Assembly (NCBI RefSeq): GCF_000007225.1
Contig: NC_003364.1
Location: 120,001 to 152,000, forward strand
Length of the DNA: 32,000 nucleotides
From: Pyrobaculum aerophilum str. IM2
GTDB taxonomy: Archaea; Thermoproteota; Thermoprotei; Thermoproteales; Thermoproteaceae
Direction of reading: 5' to 3'
The translations under genes and the position numbers were made by a program. This document shows positions 25,167 through 32,000 of the stretch, piece after piece; position 1 is the stretch's first letter, and each line of letters opens with the position of its first letter. Under the pieces are notes generated by a model that saw only the letters and a list, made by a program, of their open reading frames with translations, was not told the origin of the DNA and searched no databases.

Positions 25167-25501
25167 ATAAATACATCGCGGCGGCGCTGGCAGTTGCCGT
25201 ATTTATCGCCGTTTTGTCAATTGCGGCTCCGCGCCTGGCGCCTGTTCTTTTAAGAATTGGCCTCGCGGCGTTGCTCATAATAGGGGCCTTCTGGCTGTAT
25301 GAACTCTTGACGTCGAGACCGTCTCCTCTTGCCCAGAGAGTGCTCAATATCGTCAAGGCCAAGGGGCCTGTGACGTTGAGAGAGCTGGCCCTGGAGACTG
25401 GGGCTGGCTACGAGGAGGTGGCAAGCGCCGTTGACTATTTAGTGGAGAGGGGACTGCTCAGGAAGTTTAAGAAAAACGGCGAGGAGTACTACGACTTATA
25501 A
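25163..25501 (+). CDS. Membrane protein with a C-terminal winged-helix domain
   Basis: Two N-terminal TM helices are followed by VLNIVKAKGPVTLRELALETGAGYEEVASAVDYLVERGLLRK (wHTH-like). Its start overlaps the SPFH stop as ATGA. Confidence 0.6.
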   Translation: MNKYIAAALAVAVFIAVLSIAAPRLAPVLLRIGLAALLIIGAFWLYELLTSRPSPLAQRVLNIVKAKGPVTLRELALETGAGYEEVASAVDYLVERGLLRKFKKNGEEYYDL

Positions 25502-25541
25502 AGCCCCCGTCAAGTTTAATACCTATTCACTTCACACTGGC

Positions 25542-26108
25542 GTGAAGGGCTGGGTTAAAGACCTCATTTGGTTCGCCGGCATTGTCGCGGCGTTGTTGGC
25601 ATACTCGCTGGCAACTGGCGTGGCCTGGCCCATAGCAGTGGTGTCTTCATACTCAATGGAGCCCACTATGAGAGTAGGCGACTTTGTTTTCCTCACCGGC
25701 GCCACTTGCACGTCTATACAGCCGGGGGAGGTTGTGGTTTACGTCGCCAGAAACCCCATGTGGTACGGCAACTGGATTATCCACAGAGTTTATCAAAAAC
25801 AGAACTCCGGCGGCCAGTGCGGCTTAGTGACTTGGGGCGACAACAACCCGTTCCCAGACCAAAGAGTAGGCGAGCCCCTTGTCAGCAACAACGTTGTGGG
25901 CAAAGTGCTTTTCACAGTGCCGTACATCGGCGTCTTTCCCCTAGTAGTCAGGCCACAGGGCATTGGCGACATCGCCATAGCTGCTTGGCTTGGAAGGCTG
26001 TTCATATTCGGCGCTGTTACATACGCCTTTTACCTATACTTCAAAGCGGCGGAGAAAAAGCCAAAGAAAAAACGCCTGTCTTCTACTAAAAAGGGTAAGG
26101 GAATATAA
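25542..26108 (+). CDS. Signal peptidase I (archaeal/Sec11 type, S26B)
   Basis: A TM anchor is followed by the catalytic Ser box SSYSMEPTM, the His box IIHRV and the WGDNNPFPD box. The tail is C-terminal TM plus lysine-rich. GTG start. Confidence 0.8.
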   Translation: MKGWVKDLIWFAGIVAALLAYSLATGVAWPIAVVSSYSMEPTMRVGDFVFLTGATCTSIQPGEVVVYVARNPMWYGNWIIHRVYQKQNSGGQCGLVTWGDNNPFPDQRVGEPLVSNNVVGKVLFTVPYIGVFPLVVRPQGIGDIAIAAWLGRLFIFGAVTYAFYLYFKAAEKKPKKKRLSSTKKGKGI

Positions 26109-26640
26109 CGCTGGCAGATAAAACGGCGTGAACCGGGCTGTGCGGTTACGCCGATGATCTAAGGCTTCCCTAGTGCGGACCGTTGAGGGAGATCCGTCTT
26201 TCGATTCTCCCAGTAGCTGGATCCGCCGTCAGCGCGAGAGTTTCTAGAGCAAGGACACCGATGAGGACTCTGTCCATCGCTATTGTGAACAAGTGTTATA
26301 GTTCTCTCGCCAAGCGATTCAGTGATTAAATACGGCTCGGGTAGCTCTTGCACTCCGCTCGCCGTCTTGACTCTTCTCAACGTGACGCTGGGGAGCCAAA
26401 GCTTCCAGAATGGGGCAGGCACAACAGAAAAATAGCCCCCGTATCTACAAGAGCTATAGGGCCACGCTCTCGCCCGTCGTACAAATTAACTTGCTCTCAA
26501 TCTCTAGGCGACTTGCGTCAATCTCCTTGAAGTGATACTGCTGATGTTGCGATCATTGTGCAGAGCCAGCCGCCGTCTGAGCCGTAGCAATTCCAGGAGT
26601 TTAGATCTTCCTAATGCGAAGAGGTGCAAGCCGGGGGTAA

Positions 26641-27021
26641 TTGCTTGCAGAGTACTGCGCGGTGCAAGATGCCTATGTCTACCAGATACGGGTATACTCC
26701 GGCAGCGGTTATACGGCCTATAGCCCCGCCGCCGCGCCTAATTGTGTTTACGCCCCAAAGGGCTCTACAGTCGGCGTTGTGGTTGCAGTGAGATCCACCG
26801 GGACTGTCTACCCCGTGTTACATTACGGCTATGGCAACTGGTGGTGGCCAGTAAACGACATTTTAGCCAAGCCCATAGGCACTCACAACGGCTACACGCT
26901 TTATGAAGCCAATATAACCCTGCCGGATTCAGGAGTTCGATACGTCTTCAAGATATATCACACCGGCGGGATCTACTGGGTCAATGTGGGCGGAGGGAAC
27001 GGCCAGATCTGCGCCTCCTAA
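26641..27021 (+). CDS. Hypothetical beta-rich Tyr/Gly/Trp-rich protein, possibly a 5'-truncated gene remnant
   Basis: 126-aa protein-like frame (YVYQIRVYSGSGYTAYSP...GYGNWWWPVND...YVFKIYHTGGIYWVNVGGGNG), followed by a T5 tract (about 27026..27030). It has only a TTG start directly after a stop codon, no signal peptide and no TATA at -25. Confidence 0.35.
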   Translation: MLAEYCAVQDAYVYQIRVYSGSGYTAYSPAAAPNCVYAPKGSTVGVVVAVRSTGTVYPVLHYGYGNWWWPVNDILAKPIGTHNGYTLYEANITLPDSGVRYVFKIYHTGGIYWVNVGGGNGQICAS

Positions 27022-27289
27022 ATCCCCTTTTTGTGAAATGATTTTAACCGGCTTCAAGCCTTCAGCCGAAGCCCTCCTTTAGATCCTAGCTGGTGTTTCA
27101 TCAAGAACAGCAGTATTGATAATGATTGTAAGGCTAGGGCTTAGCCTTTCGCCAAATTATCGGGCAGATACGCCGAGAAAATGAGGGATATAGAAGATAT
27201 CCACTGCCTTCCCTTTAATTACCGCTTTGACAGGTGATGAGCCGTACGTACTTCTCGTATTGACATAATGGAAAAGCTTAAATAATGAC

Positions 27290-27880
27290 GTGTTTACAAC
27301 GCTTATAGCTAGAGTCAAGATATTGATAATAGCCGGCGACGCGGTTGAAGCCCTTGAGATCTTCTACCCATACTTTAGACTGAAGGAGGAAGGCTGGGAT
27401 GTAGACGTGGCGGCCCCCACGAAGAAAGACTTAAGGACTGTGGTTCACGACTTCGAGCCGGGCTGGGAAACCTACAGTGAAAAACCGGGCTATCTCTTCA
27501 AATGGGTCACCAAGACGTCGGCTGAGGTGAAGCCCGAGGAATACGATGGCTTGGTTATACCGGGCGGAAGAATGCCCGAATACGTGAGAGTCGTTGCCTC
27601 TGAAGACGTAAAAAGGATCGTGAGGCATTTCTTCGAGGCGGGCAAGCCCGTCGCGGCTATATGCCACGCACCTCAGATACTTGCGGCAGTAGGCGTCGTG
27701 AATGGGAGGAGGATGACGAGCTACATAGCAGTGAAGCCCGAGGTAGAGAACAGCGGCGGCATCTGGGTGGATCAAGAAGTTGTAGTGGATGGGAACCTCG
27801 TTACGTCAAGGGCTTGGCCCGACAACCCCGCTTGGATGAGGGAATTCATAAAACTAGTCAAGGCAAAGAAAGGGATTTGA
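27290..27880 (+). CDS. DJ-1/PfpI-family protein (intracellular protease/deglycase type)
   Basis: ILIIAGDAVEALE, LVIPGGRMPEY and the nucleophile elbow AAICHAPQILAAVG are present, with a C-terminal VVDGNLVTSRAWPD. GTG start; the exact start is uncertain. Confidence 0.85.
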   Translation: MFTTLIARVKILIIAGDAVEALEIFYPYFRLKEEGWDVDVAAPTKKDLRTVVHDFEPGWETYSEKPGYLFKWVTKTSAEVKPEEYDGLVIPGGRMPEYVRVVASEDVKRIVRHFFEAGKPVAAICHAPQILAAVGVVNGRRMTSYIAVKPEVENSGGIWVDQEVVVDGNLVTSRAWPDNPAWMREFIKLVKAKKGI

Positions 27881-28028
27881 TTTTTCCAATTTCCATAACC
27901 TCTTTTCGTGGAAACCTCATAGAGTCCTTCTAATTGTGAGAAAAATACGAAAATAGAACCTTCGTAGAATAGCTAGAATTGATGCTCAATGCTGCCTTGA
28001 TTTTCTACATTTAAATATGGCGTAATGG

Positions 28029-28304
28029 CTATTTTTCAACAGAGCTGCATGTCAAGAGTAACATAACGCCGGGCACTATTCCGAGGAACAGCGCAATGAT
28101 TACCCAGCCAATGAAGTTTCGAGACTTTAGAGCTGTTGTATCTCTTACCCTTGCCGCCTTGTACACTTTGTATATGTAGAGGAGCATGAGAATGCCCAGC
28201 GTCAATAAGGCCGGCGAGATTGCCGCAGTTACCACGCCCACAATGGCCGCTAAAGACAAGGCGAAATTAACAAGTACGGAGGATATTAAAGCCGCGAAGA
28301 GCAC
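28029..28304 (-). CDS. Hypothetical small membrane protein (about 3 TM helices)
   Basis: 91-aa ORF that is almost entirely hydrophobic helices separated by a basic loop (KVYKAARVRDTTALKSRN). GTG start. Confidence 0.5.
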   Translation of the reverse strand: MLFAALISSVLVNFALSLAAIVGVVTAAISPALLTLGILMLLYIYKVYKAARVRDTTALKSRNFIGWVIIALFLGIVPGVMLLLTCSSVEK

Positions 28305-28391
28305 GTCGTGATAATATACAAGCCTTTAGACGCGGTTTAACTCATAAGTTCTCCCCCATATTATTTATATATACCGATCTATCGATACACT

Positions 28392-29345
28392 ATGAGCGCA
28401 ATTGTAGTGGAGAACTTGGTCAAGCGCTATGGAGACGTGGAGGCGTTGAGGGGAATTTCCTTTGAGGTGTCTAGAGGCGAGGTGTTCGGCCTATTAGGCC
28501 CAAACGGCGCGGGGAAGACCACTACCATTAAAATCCTCACGGGGCTTACAAAGCCCACATCGGGTCGGGCAATAGTGGCAGGTTTTGACGTTGTAAAGGA
28601 AGCCGCCGAGGTGAAGAGGAGTATCGGCTGGATCGCCTCGGAGGTCATTGTAGACGACGAATTAACGGGCTGGGAGAACTTGGAGATACAGGCAAGGCTG
28701 GCCGGGGTGAAAAACTGGCGGGAGAGGGCGGCGGAGTTGCTCAGATACTTCGGCCTCGCAGAGGCGGCAAACCGCCTTGTGGGCAAATACAGCACCGGCA
28801 TGAGGAAGAGGCTTGAGGTGGCCATGGCGCTACTCCACGGCCCCGAGATACTCTTTATGGACGAGCCCACTGTGGGCCTAGACGTGGGGGCCAGAATGGG
28901 GCTCTGGGAGGTAATTCGGCAGATTAATAAAGACTTCGGCGTCACTGTGCTCTTGACTACTCACTACATGGAGGAGGCGGAGGAGCTCTGCGGGAGAATA
29001 GCGATTATAAACAAGGGGAGGCTTGTGGCAGTGGGAACTCCCGGGGAGTTAAAGGCCAAGTACGGAGTGGACGTGGTGGAGCTGGAGGTATCCAAGCCCG
29101 TCGATCCCTCCAAGCTATCGCCTTTTGGGGAAGTAGTGGTATTAGACGGGCGGGTGGTTGTGAAAACTCAAAGGGCTGAGGAGAAGCTGGCCGATATCGT
29201 AAAGGCCGTCGACGGGATTAAAAGCGTTAGAGTCAAAAAGGCCAGTTTAGACACCGTATTTATCAACCTCACAGGCGCTTCTATAGAGGGGGAACACGCA
29301 GACATTAAGAGGCTTTACGCAAGGGTGAGGTGGGCTAGGCGATGA
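28392..29345 (+). CDS. ABC transporter ATP-binding protein (ABC-2/DrrA-like exporter type)
   Basis: Walker A is GPNGAGKTT. The signature is YSTGMRKRL. Walker B is ILFMDEPTVGLD, with the H-loop TTHYMEE. Confidence 0.92.
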   Translation: MSAIVVENLVKRYGDVEALRGISFEVSRGEVFGLLGPNGAGKTTTIKILTGLTKPTSGRAIVAGFDVVKEAAEVKRSIGWIASEVIVDDELTGWENLEIQARLAGVKNWRERAAELLRYFGLAEAANRLVGKYSTGMRKRLEVAMALLHGPEILFMDEPTVGLDVGARMGLWEVIRQINKDFGVTVLLTTHYMEEAEELCGRIAIINKGRLVAVGTPGELKAKYGVDVVELEVSKPVDPSKLSPFGEVVVLDGRVVVKTQRAEEKLADIVKAVDGIKSVRVKKASLDTVFINLTGASIEGEHADIKRLYARVRWARR

Positions 29346-30106
29346 TCTCGCAGACATACGCCTTGTACAAACGGGAGGTGTTGAAGCTGTTTAGGAGTAA
29401 GTACATGTGGCTCATGTTAGTAGCCCAGCCGTTGATGTGGATTGTGTTTTTCGGCAACAGCTTAGCGGGGCTCCCCCGCGGCTTTTTGGCGCAGTACTTC
29501 GGCGTGGAGAACTACTTAGCCTATATGATACCCGGTATGATTTCCATCTCAGTCATGACCATGGGCATGTTCGCCTCCATGAGCCTAGTATTTGACAAAA
29601 GGCTTGGGTACTTAAAAAGGGTGTTGACCACGCCCACTCCCAAATCCGCTGTGTTTTTAGCCAAGGCTGCCGGGGCCATGACCAGAGGGCTGTTAATGGT
29701 TCCCGTGATATTAGCCGTGGGGGCCGTCCTAGGGGTTGGCTATAGAGTAAACCCGGCCTCCATGGCCATGTGGGCTTTAGGCCTCGTCCTCGCGGGCCTC
29801 GGCTTCTCCGCGCTTTTCACTATTTTCACTGTGAATACCTCAGACGTGCACACCCCAGGCGTTATTAACAACTTCATCACCATGCCCCTAATGTTCACCT
29901 CAACGGCTCTCTTCCCCAAGGAGTTCTTCCCCCAGTGGCTCAGGGTAATTAGCGACTTCAACCCTCTGACTTATATTACAGAGCTTGGCAGAAATGCGCT
30001 AGTGTACGGGATGCCGCCTGATATAAAGGCCCTTCTCGCAATTGCGGCGTTCGCCGCTATAACAGTAGGGGTGGCCGTGGTTGAGGCGAGGCTAGAGGCC
30101 GATTAA
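29342..30106 (+). CDS. ABC-2 type transporter permease
   Basis: 254-aa protein with about 6 TM helices. It overlaps the ATPase gene stop by 4 nt, the typical ABC-2 permease arrangement. Confidence 0.85.
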   Translation: MISQTYALYKREVLKLFRSKYMWLMLVAQPLMWIVFFGNSLAGLPRGFLAQYFGVENYLAYMIPGMISISVMTMGMFASMSLVFDKRLGYLKRVLTTPTPKSAVFLAKAAGAMTRGLLMVPVILAVGAVLGVGYRVNPASMAMWALGLVLAGLGFSALFTIFTVNTSDVHTPGVINNFITMPLMFTSTALFPKEFFPQWLRVISDFNPLTYITELGRNALVYGMPPDIKALLAIAAFAAITVGVAVVEARLEAD

Positions 30107-30133
30107 CATAAAAAATCTATTCGAGGTGGGGGC

Positions 30134-30424
30134 GTGAGGATAAAGATAAAAGATCTGGCAGAAAACGCCATAACCCCGCTCCCAGAACTGGGGGCATTTG
30201 CCGTAAAGAGGGGCGGAGAGATATACGTCTATAAAGACGAGTGTCCCCACGCCTATTGCAACTTCACTACCTCTGGTCAGTTGGAGGGGGATTACATCAT
30301 ATGCACATGCCACTGGTGTAAATTCGATTTGAGGACAGGGGCCTCTCTGACGCCTGAGCTAACAGCCGAGCCGTTAAGGAAAATTAGCTTTAAGGTGGAG
30401 GGGGAGGAGTTAGTTTTCACCTGA
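30134..30424 (+). CDS. Rieske [2Fe-2S] domain ferredoxin
   Basis: The Rieske ligand pattern is C-P-H-x17-C-T-C-H (ECPHAYCNFTTSGQLEGDYIICTCHW). The 96-aa size fits a stand-alone Rieske ferredoxin. GTG start. Confidence 0.8.
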   Translation: MRIKIKDLAENAITPLPELGAFAVKRGGEIYVYKDECPHAYCNFTTSGQLEGDYIICTCHWCKFDLRTGASLTPELTAEPLRKISFKVEGEELVFT

Positions 30425-31154
30425 CTTTTATCCAATACCTCTCAGCGTCTTTGACAACTGCGCTTTCCTCTCTAGCTCTTTTAAACTCCTCCGGGGTGTA
30501 GGGTAACACCTCCACCCACTTCTCCAAGCCCAGCCTTAGCCAGACCTTCGCCGCGAGGTCGAGGCGGTCCAGCCACCGCATTCCGCCGAAATCCGGCGAG
30601 ACGATAATTAAATCAACGTCGCTTTCCTCTATCCAATCCCCCCGGGCGTACGAGCCGAAGAGGTACGCCTCAACAACTCTAATCCCGGTCTCCTCAATGC
30701 CCCTAATAAACTTATTTACAATTTCTAATATCCTCGAGGGTGTGCCTTCATAGCCCACAGCCCTTAGTAAATTTTCCACGAGCTCCAACACCTCCTCAGC
30801 CGTTTTTAAAGAGCGATCAGCGTCGCCCTTAGTCACGACTTCATATGGCTGTCCAGCAGCGGCGTCCGGGTAGCGAGAGACAGAATAAAACTTGTTTAAC
30901 TCAGCTATCCTCTCCTCGAGTCCCGGGCTGAATTCAATCCCGGCGCGTTTAATCTCTCTATACAGCTCCGTAAGGACGTGGGTATTGGGTGGCTCTCTGC
31001 GGAGCGCCACGAAATAAAGGCTCTTAAGCGCCTTTTCAACGGCTTGGTGGCCGTAAAAGGCAGATGCGTTCCACCGCCTCGCGCCGTATAACACCTTCGC
31101 TGAACACAAATCCGCCCACGCCTCGCGAATCCAAAAAACCGCCTCGCGCCTCAC
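30417..31154 (-). CDS. Fused HEPN domain / minimal nucleotidyltransferase (MNT) protein
   Basis: The N-terminal HEPN-like half contains WIREAWADLCSAKVLY...FYGHQAVEKALKSLYF...YSVSRYPD. The C-terminal NTase half has LFGSYARGDWIEESDVDLIIVS (GS-x9-11-DxD). Confidence 0.8.
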   Translation of the reverse strand: MRREAVFWIREAWADLCSAKVLYGARRWNASAFYGHQAVEKALKSLYFVALRREPPNTHVLTELYREIKRAGIEFSPGLEERIAELNKFYSVSRYPDAAAGQPYEVVTKGDADRSLKTAEEVLELVENLLRAVGYEGTPSRILEIVNKFIRGIEETGIRVVEAYLFGSYARGDWIEESDVDLIIVSPDFGGMRWLDRLDLAAKVWLRLGLEKWVEVLPYTPEEFKRAREESAVVKDAERYWIKVR

Positions 31155-31220
31155 GCCTATAAACAGATCCGCGTATATATACTTGGAGTATGTTTTAAAT
31201 GGTGATAACGGAGAACTGCC

Positions 31221-31856
31221 ATGGTAACCACAAAAAGATACACACTACCCCCGCTCCCGTATGCCTACAACGCCCTGGAGCCGTACATATCGGCTGAGAT
31301 AATGCAACTACACCACCAAAAACACCACCAGGGATATGTCAACGGGGCCAACGCGGCTTTGGAGAAGCTTGAGAAATTCAGAAAAGGCGAGGCGCAAATT
31401 GACATCCGAGCCGTGCTGAGGGATCTGTCCTTCCACCTCAACGGCCACATACTACACTCCATCTTCTGGCCGAACATGGCGCCGCCAGGCAAAGGCGGCG
31501 GAAAGCCGGGCGGGAAAATAGCTGATTTGATAAATAAGTTCTTCGGCTCCTTCGAGAAGTTCAAAGAGGAGTTCTCGCAGGCGGCTAAAAACGTGGAGGG
31601 AGTCGGCTGGGCCATACTAGTATACGAGCCCCTCGAAGAGCAACTACTCATACTACAAATTGAAAAACACAACTTAATGCACGCCGCCGACGCCCAAGTG
31701 TTGCTGGCGCTGGACGTGTGGGAACACGCCTACTACTTGCAATACAAAAACGACCGCGGCTCTTACGTAGACAACTGGTGGAACGTGGTCAACTGGGACG
31801 ACGTAGAGAGGAGACTGCAAAAAGCCCTAAACGGCCAAATTGCGCTAAAATTATAA
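31221..31856 (+). CDS. sod: Fe/Mn superoxide dismutase
   Basis: 211-aa ORF with LPPLPYAYNALEPYIS, the metal ligands in LHHQKHH and the C-terminal DVWEHAYYLQY. From memory, the sequence matches the characterised Pyrobaculum aerophilum SOD. Confidence 0.97.
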   Translation: MVTTKRYTLPPLPYAYNALEPYISAEIMQLHHQKHHQGYVNGANAALEKLEKFRKGEAQIDIRAVLRDLSFHLNGHILHSIFWPNMAPPGKGGGKPGGKIADLINKFFGSFEKFKEEFSQAAKNVEGVGWAILVYEPLEEQLLILQIEKHNLMHAADAQVLLALDVWEHAYYLQYKNDRGSYVDNWWNVVNWDDVERRLQKALNGQIALKL

Positions 31857-31861
31857 CTTTT

Positions 31862-32000
31862 TTAGGCGCTAATTAACTCCTCCTCGCTATAAACGTCGGT
31901 TTTAAACGGCCGGTCCACCACCAGCCTCACTCTGTACTTGCCCCTCCCGAGGCCCCACACCTCTTCGCGCCCAATGCCGATTTTTTGCGCCAGGTTGGGC
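31862..32000 (-). CDS. Hypothetical protein, C-terminal 45 codons (gene runs off the right edge)
   Basis: My minus-strand translation gives ...NLAQKIGIGREEVWGLGRGKYRVRLVVDRPFKTDVYSEEELISA*, with TAA at 31862..31864. It reads protein-like, but too little is visible to assign a function. Confidence 0.4.
   Translation of the reverse strand, partial: PNLAQKIGIGREEVWGLGRGKYRVRLVVDRPFKTDVYSEEELISA

Noticed and set aside
25568-26089. 173-aa alternative-frame ORF within the signal peptidase gene
   Set aside because: It is an Arg/Gly/His-rich off-frame product on the same strand. The 25542 frame carries all the peptidase catalytic boxes.
27233-27300. Possible C/D box sRNA (GUGAUGA at about 27234..27240)
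   Set aside because: No D' or D box (CUGA) occurs at the required spacing, and there is no terminal stem. The region overlaps the promoter of the DJ-1/PfpI gene. Similar partial C-box-like strings at about 26153 and about 26549 also lack partners.
1-32000. Search for CRISPR arrays, tRNA or rRNA genes, tandem repeats and an intact integrase or transposase
   Set aside because: I could not see any regularly spaced direct repeats, tRNA-like T-arm or acceptor patterns, rRNA segments, or ORFs with integrase or transposase catalytic signatures. Absence by eye is weak evidence and should be confirmed with tRNAscan-SE, Infernal, CRISPR finders and integrase HMMs.

Overview
Crenarchaeal chromosomal window, Pyrobaculum-like. 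From memory, the Fe/Mn SOD at 31221..31856 and a PaREP1-type gene point to P. aerophilum or a close relative. Many starts have a TATA-like box about 25 nt upstream, consistent with leaderless mRNAs. The backbone is a purine-biosynthesis cluster: purQ-purS (minus), purL-purF (plus), purK (minus) and purE (minus). Housekeeping genes follow: Nudix, TrpB2-like, a small NPPF methyltransferase, SPFH protein, signal peptidase I, DJ-1/PfpI, an ABC-2 exporter pair, Rieske ferredoxin, a fused HEPN-nucleotidyltransferase and SOD. The backbone is interrupted twice. (1) A roughly 1 kb patch (4738..5761) downstream of purK holds a PaREP1 gene, a PaREP1 fragment and a diverged duplicate of the purK 3' end. 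(2) A roughly 12.6 kb AT-richer island (6899..19455) separates purK from purE. It is bracketed by an imperfect 37-nt direct repeat (32/37 identical) that contains the last 8 codons and stop of purE. I read this as a decayed integrated element; no integrase was recognised. Its cargo all looks nucleic-acid-targeting: an EVE-domain/PD-(D/E)xK fusion, a zinc-ribbon miniprotein, a 1239-aa type IIG-like nuclease/N6-adenine methyltransferase, a BrxL-like AAA+ ATPase lacking a Lon protease domain, a convergent stand-alone NurA-HerA operon, and an orphan PD-(D/E)xK protein. The methyltransferase and ATPase genes are coupled by an ATGA overlap. The best candidate for an undescribed system is this methyltransferase-nuclease plus BrxL-like ATPase pair (9407..14535), possibly working with its neighbours. 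No PglZ or BrxC is present, so it is not BREX. Other oddities are an in-frame TAG in the TrpB2-like gene, a three-frame-broken membrane-protein gene, and several stretches of gene debris. No CRISPR array, tRNA or rRNA was recognised. All family assignments rest on motif recognition by eye, not on database searches.
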